DNA from: Methanotrichaceae archaeon | GTDB taxonomy: Archaea > Halobacteriota > Methanosarcinia > Methanotrichales > Methanotrichaceae | DNA length: 64,000 nt | NCBI GenBank assembly: GCA_963748825.1 | Contig: CAVVKN010000005.1 | Coordinates: 1-64,000, forward strand | Direction of reading: 5' to 3' | Shown here: positions 32,582-43,335 of the stretch, piece after piece | Position numbering within the stretch: the stretch's first letter is position 1 | How the letters are laid out: every line of letters starts with the position of its first letter | Notes under the pieces: model-generated | Told to the model about the DNA's origin: nothing | What the model saw: the letters and a program-made list of their open reading frames with translations, nothing else | Database searches by the model: none | Program-made: the position numbers and the translations under genes

Positions 32582-33816
32582 TTCTCCACCAGTGGAAGCA
32601 GCATGGCGTTTACCTCGCACCATCTTCCAATCTCATCCTCATACTCGACCGCAGTCATGCTGAAGAGAAGCTCGCGAGTCAGAACCGAATCAGGCCCCTC
32701 TTCCCTGGCCTCCTTGCATTTGTTGATCTCCAGCAGCTTCTTTTTGTGGGCCTCGGTGAGGGTTCGATCAAATGTCATCCTCAGCTTCTCAAGAGCGGAA
32801 GCGACGTCATTTTTGGATATGCGCTTCTGCCCTTTGCGAAAGGCGTTAAGCGATGCCTCTTTCATGACCTCCACCAGCTCGGAAAGCTTGCCGGTAGACT
32901 CGATGGCATATTCCAGAACCTCCTTCTGCAGAAGATCCGGCTCTATCCTGCGGGAAATTACATCTGAGTAGAACTTCCGGCCTTCTTGGTGCTGCTCTCC
33001 ATTTCTCTTAAACACCGGCATTTGCAGAAGGATCACATCGCCGTTAAATGCATGCCTGACGTTCTCGTACTGGGGATGAAAGGCCAATGGTATGGGAAAT
33101 GTATAAACCACAAAGCAGCTCGGCTCGATAAGGAGCTGATAGTTTTTGTAGAAAAAGTCCTCAGATTGCTGGCCTCTGGCCAATTTATCCAGATCATCTA
33201 CTATTATTACCAATTCTTTTCCAGATTTTTCCTCGATGTCTACTATCAGCCAGTTTAGCTTCTGAATGAGATCGCTGATCTTCTGATCCAGTTCCGTCCT
33301 GAGGCACTGCCTGGTCTTGGCCTCCCGGCTGAGCTTGAGGATGACGATCTGGCTCAAGGAGAGCCCGGCTGAGCTCTGGCTGGTTACCTCCTCCTCGGTT
33401 ATGTTCGTTATTCGCTTGGTGAAATCCTGGAAATCCTTCTCGATGTCGGGATGAAGAGCAATTCCTTCCACCCTGGCGATATCGTAGACTTTGAGCGCCA
33501 TGGAAACAAAGAAGTCGCGAAAATCGAAGTCGCTTAAATTCAGATCATCCCGGATAGAGTAATTCACCACCAGAAAGCGACTCTTATCCAGCGCCGCCTC
33601 CAGGCGGTGCAGCTCAGTGCTTTTTCCAGAGCCTCTGAAGCCCAGGAACAGATACTTCTCTTTCCTGCTGGCAAGCTCAATTCGATCTTTTAAATCCGCC
33701 ATGGGAGATATAAAGCCTGGACGCTCGACGTAGAAATCCTCGAACTCTTGATCCTCTTTTAGCGGCTCGACATAAAAATTGTTGTAAGCCTCTTTCAAAT
33801 TCTTTGCCCTGGGCAT
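32563..33816 (-). CDS. P-loop ATPase
   Basis: Walker A GFRGSGKST, Walker B IIVDDLDK. Confidence 0.9.
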   Translation of the reverse strand: MPRAKNLKEAYNNFYVEPLKEDQEFEDFYVERPGFISPMADLKDRIELASRKEKYLFLGFRGSGKSTELHRLEAALDKSRFLVVNYSIRDDLNLSDFDFRDFFVSMALKVYDIARVEGIALHPDIEKDFQDFTKRITNITEEEVTSQSSAGLSLSQIVILKLSREAKTRQCLRTELDQKISDLIQKLNWLIVDIEEKSGKELVIIVDDLDKLARGQQSEDFFYKNYQLLIEPSCFVVYTFPIPLAFHPQYENVRHAFNGDVILLQMPVFKRNGEQHQEGRKFYSDVISRRIEPDLLQKEVLEYAIESTGKLSELVEVMKEASLNAFRKGQKRISKNDVASALEKLRMTFDRTLTEAHKKKLLEINKCKEAREEGPDSVLTRELLFSMTAVEYEDEIGRWCEVNAMLLPLVEKWSLSP

Positions 33817-33888
33817 GACATCAACCAGCACTCTGAATAGCTCTCTACTATGATAACCATTTTGATGCCATCATCCATTTTTCGCCCC

Positions 33889-34931
33889 TCAAGCCTCCAG
33901 CGTTATCGCCCGGATCTCGATCTGGATCTTCTGCTCATTCGGGTCCAGCACCAGCTCCAGCCGGTCCAGCGGCTTGCTTGGGTCTGTGTCCACCTTGGCA
34001 TAGAAGTAATGTCCCTGATACTCGTAGGCGGAGCTGGCTGTGCTTGGCCAGGAATAGGCCGCTGCAACCTTGCTGTGCTTCAGCTCCGACTGGATCTCTG
34101 CTCTGTCATAAGCCCATTCGGCAATGTTCACTCCCATAGTCAGATCCGTTGTCTCGTAGCTTCCGTCCTCGTACCAGACATTAATGTGGCCCACCTTAAC
34201 GTTATCCGGCACTCCGATGCTCCATCCGGCAAACTCCAGAACATGCACTGCATCGGCTTTCTGGCCTTCCAGGTCGATGGAGGCAGTGGTCTGCTCTGCA
34301 TTGGCTTTCAGTGCCACTCCTTCCACCTGAAATTCAATTCCGTTGTAAGTATGAGCGGTTCCGTTCCCAATGGCCGTCGACTGGCCTGAGGAGGTACCTT
34401 TGCCCCTCCAGGATGCCATCCATTCCTGGGCTGTGTCCCAGTCCACTTTTCCCGGAAACTGAGTGAACATCAGAAACCCGGAGGTCTCCTTGGATATAGC
34501 ACATTGCGAGCTATCCCCATTGCAGTAGACATTCCAAACTTTGGGCTTGTTATTGTCTCGCCAGGATGCCAGCCAGTTGGTTGCGGTATCCCACGTCACC
34601 TTGCCCGGAAACTGGGGAACATGAGCATGCCCGTGGGCTCCTTGGAGACTGCGCACTGCGAGCTGTCCCCATTGCAGTAGACATTCCAGACGGCAGGCTG
34701 AGCAGGATAGCCGTTGGTTTGCATCCAGGTCTGGATCGTGCTCCATTCTACTTTGCCGGGAAAGACATTAAACATCAAATCTCCGCTGGGCTCTTTGGCC
34801 ACTGTGCAGCGTGAGCCGTCTCCACTGCAATAGACATTCCAGACATTCAGATCCTCAGTGACCTGGGCCAGAGCCGGTGAGATAATTGCCGCCATCCACA
34901 AGAAGATTATCAAAAAAGATTTGATCTTCAT
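33889..34931 (-). pseudogene. secreted triple-repeat protein with beta-sandwich C-terminus, single frameshift near 34615
   Basis: Signal peptide MKIKSFL...; three VWNVYC.GD.S.C...KE..G.LMF..FPGKV.W repeats; a C-run one base short splits repeat 2. Confidence 0.8.
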
Positions 34932-34980
34932 AGCGATCCACTCCACTCTTAATCTACGATTCTGATGCGGTTTCTTGCTT

Positions 34981-35559
34981 TCAGCACACCATTCTCTCGA
35001 AGCACTCCTTGCAGAGCACCTTTCCGCCGGCCGTCCTTCCCAGAATCTCCATGAAGCCTTCCCCGCACTCCTGGCACTTGAGGGAGGGATAAATCTTCGC
35101 CTTCTCCGGTGCGGGAATATCAACCTCTTTCACCGCGAGAAGATCCTCGTCTTTGCCGCTCAAGATATTCTCGATGACCTGGGACCTCAGCCCCTCAAAC
35201 TCCTTCTTCTCCTCCGAAGAAAGCTTTCCAGCCACCGCCTTCTGCCGCATTGCGTCCATCCCCCGGAAGACATCGCCCTTGAAGTAGATACGCATCGCCC
35301 GGTTCTGATCGCGGGAGTAGAAGGTGAAGACCTGCTTCCCATTATCCACGAATAGCAGATTGCCCTTGCCGGCTGTGCAGCCCAGGAGCGACTGCACCGC
35401 ATCCACGCTGCATGATGTGTTCTCGGCAATGCAGACCAGCTCCTCATCCTTGGAGCGGGGATAGTGCTCTTTTGCATACTTTGCTACTCGATAGCCCATG
35501 GCAAGGCCCGGGCAGACGTGGCCGTGAAACTTTGCCGCTTCTTTAAAATCCTCTTCCAT
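34981..35559 (-). CDS. fmdE: FmdE-family protein with C-terminal zinc finger
   Basis: FHGHVCPGLAMG, C.VDAVQ..GCTAGKGNL and C..CGE...C..C motifs. Confidence 0.9.
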   Translation of the reverse strand: MEEDFKEAAKFHGHVCPGLAMGYRVAKYAKEHYPRSKDEELVCIAENTSCSVDAVQSLLGCTAGKGNLLFVDNGKQVFTFYSRDQNRAMRIYFKGDVFRGMDAMRQKAVAGKLSSEEKKEFEGLRSQVIENILSGKDEDLLAVKEVDIPAPEKAKIYPSLKCQECGEGFMEILGRTAGGKVLCKECFERMVC

Positions 35560-35773
35560 AATAGTCACCTGGTTTTGAATCTTGCTAGTACTTGCGTTGG
35601 TTAGGAATAAGTAAAGAGCGGTCGGCGTCAATGAGGATGATATGGGCTTCTTGTGTTTGTGCCTTGGAGTTGAGGGGGGCAGATCAGGAGACGCGGGAAG
35701 AGTCCACGAAGAATTTATTAGATGCTATGAGGGATTCTACTTCTGAGGAATTTGCGAATAGGCATGTGATTGG

Positions 35774-36151
35774 ATGAATAGATATCTAAAGATTTGGCTC
35801 TTCGGTTTTCTGCTTTGGCTGATACCATTTGCAGTATCGGTTTTGATCTTCCCGCTGCGTACGTCTCAGCGGCCGCTCTTTGAGTCGATCATGCCCGTAG
35901 TAATCGCTATCTGGACTGTGTTCTTCTCCATTCTCTATCTATCCGGGAAAAAGAGCGATCTTCTCAAGGAAGGCATCTTTATTGGCATTGCCTGGCTCTT
36001 GATCAGCATAGTGTTGGATCTAATGATATTTATTGAAGGACCGATAAAAATGCCTCTTTGGGACTATGTAGCAGACATTGCGGTGACTTATCTCATGATC
36101 CCCACAATTACGTCCGGGTTTGGCTATCTCATGGAGCATCGCGCTGAATAA
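35774..36151 (+). CDS. membrane protein
   Basis: Four hydrophobic segments. Confidence 0.8.
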   Translation: MNRYLKIWLFGFLLWLIPFAVSVLIFPLRTSQRPLFESIMPVVIAIWTVFFSILYLSGKKSDLLKEGIFIGIAWLLISIVLDLMIFIEGPIKMPLWDYVADIAVTYLMIPTITSGFGYLMEHRAE

Positions 36152-36174
36152 ATTACAATCGAAAATTTGATTGG

Positions 36175-36873
36175 TTATTCATGAAGATCGAATGCAGACG
36201 AATCGATCTTTCCAATGCCTCCGCCTCTTCCTTTGTTGGAAACGGAAAACCCCATCTCCTCCAGAAGCACTCTCGCCTCTCCCCGCCCATGTAGCAGCAC
36301 CTCGGCCAGATCCTCCGGGCAATCGATGTCGCATCCCGCCCGGAAAGACTCGAAGACTGAGACCTCCAGCCCCGCCTGCCTGGCAAATTCCAGATGCTTG
36401 GGAAAGCTCAGCCCCTGGTAGCAGGTGCGAAACTCGGGGGCCCTGATGAGGATCATGTTGGTGCCGCCTCCCCGCCCCGGACAGAGTACCACATCGCTCT
36501 GGCAGCTCAGAATACCTGCCACATCATTTGGCGCCAATAGAGCCAGATCGGCCATGACGATTAGAATATCACGTGGCCATCCTTGCCGAGCTTCGTCTGT
36601 GATCAATGCGTTTAAGGCATCGTTCAGATCCAGCTCCGACTCCTGGATCTCGACATCGTAGCCGACGTCCATGATATCCAGTCCCGGTCGGGAGAGAATC
36701 GTCACTTTGCCAAAACCAGAAACGGTTCCAAGAACATCCCTGAGCATGGCAAAGGCCAACAGCCTTCGCTCTGCAGGCTCCAGCGCCGGGGCCAGCCTGC
36801 TTTTGGCATCGCTCCGCTTAAAAGGCACCACGATCTGAACCGGTCTATGCACGCCCCCGGCTATCTGCGGCAA
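36175..36873 (-). CDS. cofC: 2-phospho-L-lactate guanylyltransferase
   Basis: VPFK...AKSRL, AMLRDVL, MADL, GRGGGTN and DIDCPEDL motifs. Confidence 0.93.
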   Translation of the reverse strand: MPQIAGGVHRPVQIVVPFKRSDAKSRLAPALEPAERRLLAFAMLRDVLGTVSGFGKVTILSRPGLDIMDVGYDVEIQESELDLNDALNALITDEARQGWPRDILIVMADLALLAPNDVAGILSCQSDVVLCPGRGGGTNMILIRAPEFRTCYQGLSFPKHLEFARQAGLEVSVFESFRAGCDIDCPEDLAEVLLHGRGEARVLLEEMGFSVSNKGRGGGIGKIDSSAFDLHE

Positions 36874-36884
36874 TCGATAAAATC

Positions 36885-37616
36885 CTATCTCCTTAGGTGA
36901 GGCCGGATCACGTCTTTGTCCTCAGCCATAAATACCGAGTCGCCGCCAGAGCGAGGATACTTCAGGCCGCGAAAAACAACAGCAGGAGTCCCGTCTCCCG
37001 CCTCGCCCATGAGCAGATTGGCCATTGCCGCGATCTCGTCCACTATGGCCTCTAAGGTGATCTCCAGGGCCTTGCCGTGCAGGTCTTGCTCCCCGCGCCA
37101 GTCTCGCAGAGCGGCAATGCCCGCCCAGCCGATCGCCACGCCCGCCACACCAGAGCGAAAGGGCCGGCCGCAGGTATCGGTGATGATTACGGCGCAGTCC
37201 TTTCCTAGCTCAGCGCGAAGCCGCTTGGCGCTGGTGCAGGGGTCTTCCGGCAGCAACAGTATCCGGGCGTCTCCCACATTGGACTGATCGATGCCGGCAT
37301 TAACGCCCACATGACCAAAACGTGTCACTGTCAGCAGAAAGGGCCTCTCCAGCAGAACCTCCACGGATTCGTCCAGGACCGCCTGCACAAATCTTGGGTC
37401 CTTGCCGACATTCTGGGCGATCTCAATGGCTCTGTCGGTGGGATGATAGCTTTCCAGCTCCCGGAAACGGCCCTCCGACTTGGCCACGATGGTGCTGGCA
37501 AGACAGAGTACATCTCCGTATTGAAAATTAAAAAGAGATTTGACAAGTGAGGCGATATCGTCGCCTTCCTTGATGATGGGCAGGCCGCGAATGACATAGC
37601 CTTGCATTGATGGCAT
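36885..37616 (-). CDS. cofE: coenzyme F420:L-glutamate ligase
   Basis: NAGIDQSN, ITDTCGRPFR, DEIAAMANLLMGE motifs; the true start lies downstream of the ORF-track start. Confidence 0.93.
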   Translation of the reverse strand: MPSMQGYVIRGLPIIKEGDDIASLVKSLFNFQYGDVLCLASTIVAKSEGRFRELESYHPTDRAIEIAQNVGKDPRFVQAVLDESVEVLLERPFLLTVTRFGHVGVNAGIDQSNVGDARILLLPEDPCTSAKRLRAELGKDCAVIITDTCGRPFRSGVAGVAIGWAGIAALRDWRGEQDLHGKALEITLEAIVDEIAAMANLLMGEAGDGTPAVVFRGLKYPRSGGDSVFMAEDKDVIRPHLRR

Positions 37617-37617
37617 T

Positions 37618-37851
37618 CTATTGAAATCGCGCATCAAAAGGCATCTTGCTGAGGCGATAAAGCCTGGCCTGAACCAGGAGATCAAGCAGATAGGAGTAGT
37701 TCTCGGCGACGATCGCCGCCCTCTCCTCGCTGATCTCTGTCCAGGGAAGACCACCATAGCCTTCGGCATATTCCATCCAGAAGGCTGGCGGAGAGAACTC
37801 AAGCAGATACTTGTTCTCCTCGGTAAAAGTGAGGGTGATCTTCTCTTCCAT
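37618..37851 (-). CDS. conserved hypothetical protein
   Basis: Tightly packed between the aIF-2beta gene and cofE on the same strand. Confidence 0.75.
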   Translation of the reverse strand: MEEKITLTFTEENKYLLEFSPPAFWMEYAEGYGGLPWTEISEERAAIVAENYSYLLDLLVQARLYRLSKMPFDARFQ

Positions 37852-38481
37852 CTAAGGCACCTTGCCCGTTCGCTCCACAACCTCGGCGAAGGCCAAAGTT
37901 CCGCTGATCTTCTTGATCTTGGCCTTGACGATCTCGCCCTTGACGGCGCTGGGCACGAAGATGAGATATTTATCCACCTTGGCTATGCCGTCGCCCTTGT
38001 TGCCCACGGACTCAATGCGTAGCTCATAAGTCTCACCCTCTTCGATGACATCCTTCTGCACGATCGTGGCAGCCTTTCTCTTTCTCACCGGTCGGTGAGC
38101 GCCGCAGGCATCGCACTTGAGCGTCAGAACGCGATCGCTCTTGAGGAGGTGAGTATCTGGCAGCCTGCACTCTGTGCAGACCACATACTCCTCGAAGTAG
38201 GACTCTATCTGGCGGGCGATGGCAGTCTCGCCGAACTTTCCCTGAAAGACGCCGCGCTGCCCCTCGATCTTGCCCGCTGTGCCCATCTCCTGGAGCAGAT
38301 ATTTCATGAGGTGCTCCGGTTCGCGATTTAGTGTGTCCGCGATGGCTCCGAAGTTCTCCAGTACGGTGGTCTTGCCCTCGTAAAAGACCTTGACGGAAGG
38401 TATGACGAACCGCTCCTTGGACTCCCGAGTGGCCGGCATCTTCTTCATGGCCCGATCCAGGCCCGCTAAATAGTCATCCAT
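37852..38481 (-). CDS. eif2b: translation initiation factor 2 beta subunit with TRAM domain
   Basis: ENF..IAD.LNR, C.EC..PDT and C.ACGA motifs; TRAM G.KGDGIAK. Confidence 0.95.
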   Translation of the reverse strand: MDDYLAGLDRAMKKMPATRESKERFVIPSVKVFYEGKTTVLENFGAIADTLNREPEHLMKYLLQEMGTAGKIEGQRGVFQGKFGETAIARQIESYFEEYVVCTECRLPDTHLLKSDRVLTLKCDACGAHRPVRKRKAATIVQKDVIEEGETYELRIESVGNKGDGIAKVDKYLIFVPSAVKGEIVKAKIKKISGTLAFAEVVERTGKVP

Positions 38482-38494
38482 CCAGATACCTTAA

Positions 38495-39010
38495 TTATTT
38501 TATCAGCTCTTGACCCGACTCTACTATTATCTGAATCGGTGTCGGCAATTTATGCCCGGCCCTTGTCAATGCCACCTTGGCGTCGTTAAGGTATGCAAGG
38601 GGTATTCCCACGGTAAAGAGCTTCTGGCCTGCCTCGACCCTGGCCGCAGTTCCCACAGCCTTGCCGAAAGCCATCCTCATGCCGCTTGAGACACGGTCGG
38701 CGCCTGCACCCGTAGCCTGCTTATTTTCCCGGATTACATGGTGCGGATAAGTCCGAAGCTTGAGGTGGAAGTTGGTTCTGCCTGCCATTTTCATAAGGAA
38801 ACGGTTGGCTGCAACTCTGGCTGCTTCAAGTGCGGTATGCCTGATTTGGCAAGGTTCCTTGACCACCAATGTGATCTGGATGGGAAAATCTTCAGTCAAA
38901 TTTCCCATGTCATAGTGTACTACTTTGCTTCCAGGAACGCCGCCCATGTATTTTCTGCGCGTGTAGGGCCGTTCCCTCCTTCTATACATGCTTGCTGGCT
39001 TGCGTGTCAA
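38495..39010 (-). CDS. rpl10e: 50S ribosomal protein L10e/uL16
   Basis: [11 protein letters not shown] and [17 protein letters not shown] motifs. Confidence 0.97.
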   Translation of the reverse strand: MTRKPASMYRRRERPYTRRKYMGGVPGSKVVHYDMGNLTEDFPIQITLVVKEPCQIRHTALEAARVAANRFLMKMAGRTNFHLKLRTYPHHVIRENKQATGAGADRVSSGMRMAFGKAVGTAARVEAGQKLFTVGIPLAYLNDAKVALTRAGHKLPTPIQIIVESGQELIK

Positions 39011-39086
39011 AACGAAATTCCTCCGATAATCCTGAGATTGGTGCTACTATGCACCCTACTTATAAGGTTTGGCCTTAATTGCCGGC

Positions 39087-40334
39087 TTACACCGTGATGG
39101 GCGTAGAGAAAGACATCTCTTTAGCCAGAGGCCTCTTCATGAGCGTGCGGATATCTTCCGGACTTTTTGCATTTGCGACCGTCCACATGAGCTTGACCAG
39201 GGCTACCTCGGGCAGCATATCCTCGCCCTCAATTGCTCCGCCGTCCAGCATATAGCGTCCGGTATCGTATACCCGGTCACATATTCTGCCCCGCAGGCAT
39301 TGGGAGGTTATCACTACAGGGATATTCTCCTCTGTGGCCCTCTTAATGCCGTCTATCCAGTCGGATGCCACGTGGCCCAGGCCTGTTCCCTCTATCACAA
39401 TGCCGCGATAGCCTTTATCGATGTAGTAGTTCAAGATCTCCGGCGAAGATCCGGGCGTGTACTTCACCAGGGCGCATTTAGGCTCAAGCCTGTCCATAAC
39501 CTCCAGTTCTACCTCGCCACGCCGTCGGTAAGGCTGGAAGGTCTGAATCTTTCTGGTGAGGTAGTCCACCTTCCCAAGCGGCGCCTGGTTTATGCTCTGG
39601 AAGGCGTCCCGGCGGGAAGTATGCATCTTTCGGACACGCGTGCCTCGGTGAATGGAGCAGTAGTCATCGCTGGTTGTGCCGTGCATCACCACACAGACCT
39701 CGGCAATGTCGCTGATGGCAACGCTTGCCGCACAGACGGCATTCATGGAGGCATCGCTGCTGGGTCGGTCGGAGCTCCTCTGCGAGCCCACGAGGACTAC
39801 CGGCACCGGCGTCTTCAACATAAAGGAGAGCGCTGCCGCGGTATACATCATGGTATCTGTGCCGTGGGTTATGATCACGCCCTCTGCGCCTGCACAGATC
39901 TCCTCCGCCACTGATTGCGCGAGCTTTATCCAGTATTCGGCGCGCATGTTCTCGCTCAAGATCTGATAGATGACGCGGGCACGGTAGTTGGCGATCTCCT
40001 CCAGCTCCGGGATGGCGGATATTATCTCGCCTGCGGAGAACTGACTGGTGACGGCTCCCGTGCGGTAATCGACCTTGCTGGCAATGGTTCCTCCTGTGGA
40101 TAGAATGGAAACCTGGGGGAGGCCTTCTCTTACTTGCAAAGGCCTGTCTTTGTGCAGTGGCAAGCTTTCCGGGCGTTTTTGCAGGAGCGTTAGCTCACAC
40201 TTAGCGGCACATAGGCCGATATTGTAGCCGTTGTCCAGCTTTATGACCATGTATCCTTCGCGCCGGGAAGGCATGAGCACGCCCTCAAAGGATGTGCCGT
40301 CCCTCTCTACGGAGATTCTGTCTCCAAGTTCCAT
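39087..40334 (-). CDS. gatD: Glu-tRNA(Gln) amidotransferase subunit D
   Basis: [39 protein letters not shown] and [10 protein letters not shown] motifs. Confidence 0.97.
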   Translation of the reverse strand: MELGDRISVERDGTSFEGVLMPSRREGYMVIKLDNGYNIGLCAAKCELTLLQKRPESLPLHKDRPLQVREGLPQVSILSTGGTIASKVDYRTGAVTSQFSAGEIISAIPELEEIANYRARVIYQILSENMRAEYWIKLAQSVAEEICAGAEGVIITHGTDTMMYTAAALSFMLKTPVPVVLVGSQRSSDRPSSDASMNAVCAASVAISDIAEVCVVMHGTTSDDYCSIHRGTRVRKMHTSRRDAFQSINQAPLGKVDYLTRKIQTFQPYRRRGEVELEVMDRLEPKCALVKYTPGSSPEILNYYIDKGYRGIVIEGTGLGHVASDWIDGIKRATEENIPVVITSQCLRGRICDRVYDTGRYMLDGGAIEGEDMLPEVALVKLMWTVANAKSPEDIRTLMKRPLAKEMSFSTPITV

Positions 40335-40461
40335 TTTTGTCTCACCAGATCCACATTAACCCCTGCTACTTTATGCTAGGCATCTAAAAACGTTGCCCTT
40401 GAGTTAGATAAATACTGATCAAAAAAGGCTTTTATCTCAAGAGGAAGCTAAACTGCAGAGG

Positions 40462-41286
40462 ATGTTAGTGATGCACAGATGGGACCCCAATGTGTATGAA
40501 AAGAGTTCGTCGGCTCAGCAGAGGTGGGCGCAGGAACTTCTATCCAAGATCTCAATCCGAGGGGACGAACGGATACTCGATATCGGATGTGGAGACGGCA
40601 AAATCACCGCGGAGATTGCACTCCTCGTCCCCAGGGGATCTGTCAATGGCCTCGATAATTCCGGGGAGATGTTGAGCTTCGCCAGGTCCCGGTTTCTGCC
40701 TTTGAGCTGGCCTAACCTTGCCTTTCAATATGGAGATGCTTCGGAATTAAAGTACGAAGATGAGTTCGATCTTGTTCTCTCCTTTGCATGCCTGCATTGG
40801 GTGCAGGATCATGGACCGGTTCTGGAAGGGATCAAACGCAGCCTCAAGAACGGCGGCAAGGTTTTGATGCAGTTTGGAGGCCGGGGCAATGCTGCCGCGA
40901 TTCTGGTGGTTGTAGATGGGCTAATTTCCGAGAAGAAATGGTCCGGATACTTCGAAGGTTTCAGGTTTCCTTATGGCTTTTTCGGCCCTGACGAGTATCG
41001 GACCTGGCTTGAATGCGCAGGCCTGAGAGCCTTGAGGGTGGAACTGGTAGCAAAGGATATGGTCCAGAAGGGACGAGAGGGTTTGATCTCCTGGTTCAAG
41101 ACTACATGGCTGCCGTATATCGAAAAAGTACCTGAGGATTTGCGAATGGATTTCATTTGCGAAGTAGTTGATCGGTATATCCGGATACACCCTCTCGATG
41201 ACGAGGGAAATGTCCATGTCGGAATGGTAAGACTGGAAGTGGAAGCCGAAAAGAACACGAAGAACGGTTTGCAGGAGAAGAAATGA
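40462..41286 (+). CDS. class I SAM-dependent methyltransferase (Tam-like)
   Basis: ILDIGCGDG and SFACLHWV motifs. Confidence 0.9.
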   Translation: MLVMHRWDPNVYEKSSSAQQRWAQELLSKISIRGDERILDIGCGDGKITAEIALLVPRGSVNGLDNSGEMLSFARSRFLPLSWPNLAFQYGDASELKYEDEFDLVLSFACLHWVQDHGPVLEGIKRSLKNGGKVLMQFGGRGNAAAILVVVDGLISEKKWSGYFEGFRFPYGFFGPDEYRTWLECAGLRALRVELVAKDMVQKGREGLISWFKTTWLPYIEKVPEDLRMDFICEVVDRYIRIHPLDDEGNVHVGMVRLEVEAEKNTKNGLQEKK

Positions 41287-41816
41287 TCAATTTTGTTACC
41301 AGCAATAATGGAAAGTTTGCGGAAGCCCGGGCCATCTTCGAGGACCTCGTGCAAAGGGACATCGGCTATGCTGAGATACAGGCAGACACGCTGGAAGAGG
41401 TGGCTCTCTATGGCATGAAAGAGGTCGCAGCCAGGTTGCAGGGGCCGGTGATGCTCGAAGATGCCGGCCTTTTCGTAGAAGCTCTAAAAGGTTTTCCGGG
41501 CGTTTACTCCGCGTATGTGCAAAAGACCATAGGCAACGCCGGGATACTGCGGCTCATGGAGGGCCAGGAGACACGAAAAGCTTTCTTCAAATCAGTGGTC
41601 GCCTATGCCGAGCCGGGCATGGAAACCGTAATGTTCTCAGGAGAGGTGCACGGGCAGATCGGCTTTGAGCCGCGGGGCAAGAAGGGCTTTGGCTATGATC
41701 CCATCTTCTATGTGGGCGACGTGAGTTTAGCGGAGATGGATCTGGTGAATAAGAACCAAATCTCCCATCGCGCCGGTTCGATGAGGGCTCTAAAAAAATG
41801 GCTGGACAGCCACTAA
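41283..41816 (+). CDS. non-canonical purine NTP pyrophosphatase (RdgB/HAM1)
   Basis: TSNNGK, EDAGL, GFPGVYS, GFGYDPIF and SHR motifs. Confidence 0.95.
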   Translation: MINFVTSNNGKFAEARAIFEDLVQRDIGYAEIQADTLEEVALYGMKEVAARLQGPVMLEDAGLFVEALKGFPGVYSAYVQKTIGNAGILRLMEGQETRKAFFKSVVAYAEPGMETVMFSGEVHGQIGFEPRGKKGFGYDPIFYVGDVSLAEMDLVNKNQISHRAGSMRALKKWLDSH

Positions 41817-42027
41817 ACCCTTTTTCGCCGATGGCGTCATATCGGCATTTATCAGGATGGAAACGGGACCTCTGCTGGGATGCGATGCAAAGGGTTTGGT
41901 TGCTTGAGGCGAACTGAATGCCGTATTTTCATTTAGCTTAAATAATTATTTCAATATTTTATTCTTTTTTTTTTTGATAGGTGCGAAGGAAAACCGTGTC
42001 TTTGCCTGGTGGGAAAGGCGGGCAGAT

Positions 42028-42288
42028 TCACTGCCGCTTTTTCTCCAGGGCACAGCGCGGCAGCAGCCTGGCATCGATGGCTTTGATGTGGGGCGCCTGG
42101 ACTGCAGAAACATAGACCTTGCGCTCGCCTACTACGATTACGTGATCGGTCGCCTTGGGCGGGCTGATCCTGATGGAGAACATCAGGGGGCCTTCACATG
42201 TGGTAGCCACGCGTAGGTCAGTAGAGCGGGCGCGAATGTACTCCTCCATCTCCGGAGTGATCTTGAAGGGAAACGGTTTTTCCGGCAT
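42028..42288 (-). CDS. small hypothetical protein
   Basis: MPEKPFPF... frame divergent from rnp4 with an AT-rich spacer. Confidence 0.6.
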   Translation of the reverse strand: MPEKPFPFKITPEMEEYIRARSTDLRVATTCEGPLMFSIRISPPKATDHVIVVGERKVYVSAVQAPHIKAIDARLLPRCALEKKRQ

Positions 42289-42355
42289 TGATCTGAGCAA
42301 ATGGCTCCAGGATATAGAAATAGGTTTTATATCCCGACTCCCCACAGGAAAAGCC

Positions 42356-42670
42356 GTGAGACGGAGAAAGGACAGCCATAAAGCCAGAGACCTGGCCCTG
42401 CAGCGCATGGAGAGGCTCTTTGCGCTGGCAGGCGCAGCGCACGCGGCCCATCCGGAGAGGAGCGACAGATACGTGCAGATCGCCAGGAAGATTTGCACCC
42501 GTACCAGAGTCAGAATGCCCCACCCGCTGAAAAGGCTCTTTTGCCGGCACTGCGGCAGCTTTCTCTCACCGGCAGGGACGAGGGTGAGGCTTCGCGAAGG
42601 CATCCTGACCACCACCTGCCTGTTATGCGGCGAGCAGATGAGGCGACCTTACGGGTCCAAAAAGAACTAG
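42356..42670 (+). CDS. rnp4: RNase P protein component 4 (Rpp21)
   Basis: R...LF.LA, RY...A..I, CRHC and CLLCG..MR.PY motifs. Confidence 0.92.
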   Translation: MRRRKDSHKARDLALQRMERLFALAGAAHAAHPERSDRYVQIARKICTRTRVRMPHPLKRLFCRHCGSFLSPAGTRVRLREGILTTTCLLCGEQMRRPYGSKKN

Positions 42671-42786
42671 CCGGAAAGGATCCGCCCGAAAAGGACAAGA
42701 GGCCAGAACTAAGAGGGTTGGTCTTGGCGGTCCAGGAAAAAGTCGATGCAACTATTCTAACTGGACGCCTTAATGATTGAGCAAAT

Positions 42787-43248
42787 CTAATCGATACTAT
42801 CTGATGGAGACATCCCCAGTTGATCGTAGCCTATGTACTGCATTATGCGATCCTTTTTGTCTCCGATCAGTTCTTTCTCGCGATCGAGTATCTCTCTCAC
42901 CAGGGCATTGATTGGCACATTTCCATCCCAATTTCTGGCCAAGATGTCAGACGAGCTTGATTCCTTCACCACCTCATTGGCAATAAACGCGCAAAGATAG
43001 ATATCATCTACATAGCCGGCCGGACCGTACTTCTCCTCGGAGATGATGTCCTCTGGAAGGATAAAATATGCAATGGCGGCAATTACCAGCGGCGACATCG
43101 ACCTGGGAAGAGCGCTGTCATCCAGGAGTTTGGTCATCATTCTGTAGAGGGCCGGAGCCTGCGCAATTAGCTGGGAAAATTCGCCCTCATAACCGGATAT
43201 GTCCTTTTCCAGTATGGCATCAAATCTCTTCAAATTAAACCACCTCAC
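42787..43248 (-). CDS. YkvA/DUF1232-family protein
   Basis: AIAYFILPEDII.E..GP.GYVDD motif. Confidence 0.85.
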   Translation of the reverse strand: MRWFNLKRFDAILEKDISGYEGEFSQLIAQAPALYRMMTKLLDDSALPRSMSPLVIAAIAYFILPEDIISEEKYGPAGYVDDIYLCAFIANEVVKESSSSDILARNWDGNVPINALVREILDREKELIGDKKDRIMQYIGYDQLGMSPSDSID

Positions 43249-43335
43249 TCCTTAGTCATGGATATTCCCAGGGGAAATACCCTGCTTTAGAATATGCTAT
43301 TGATGGGTAATTAATTAACTTTTGTGCCATGATTT

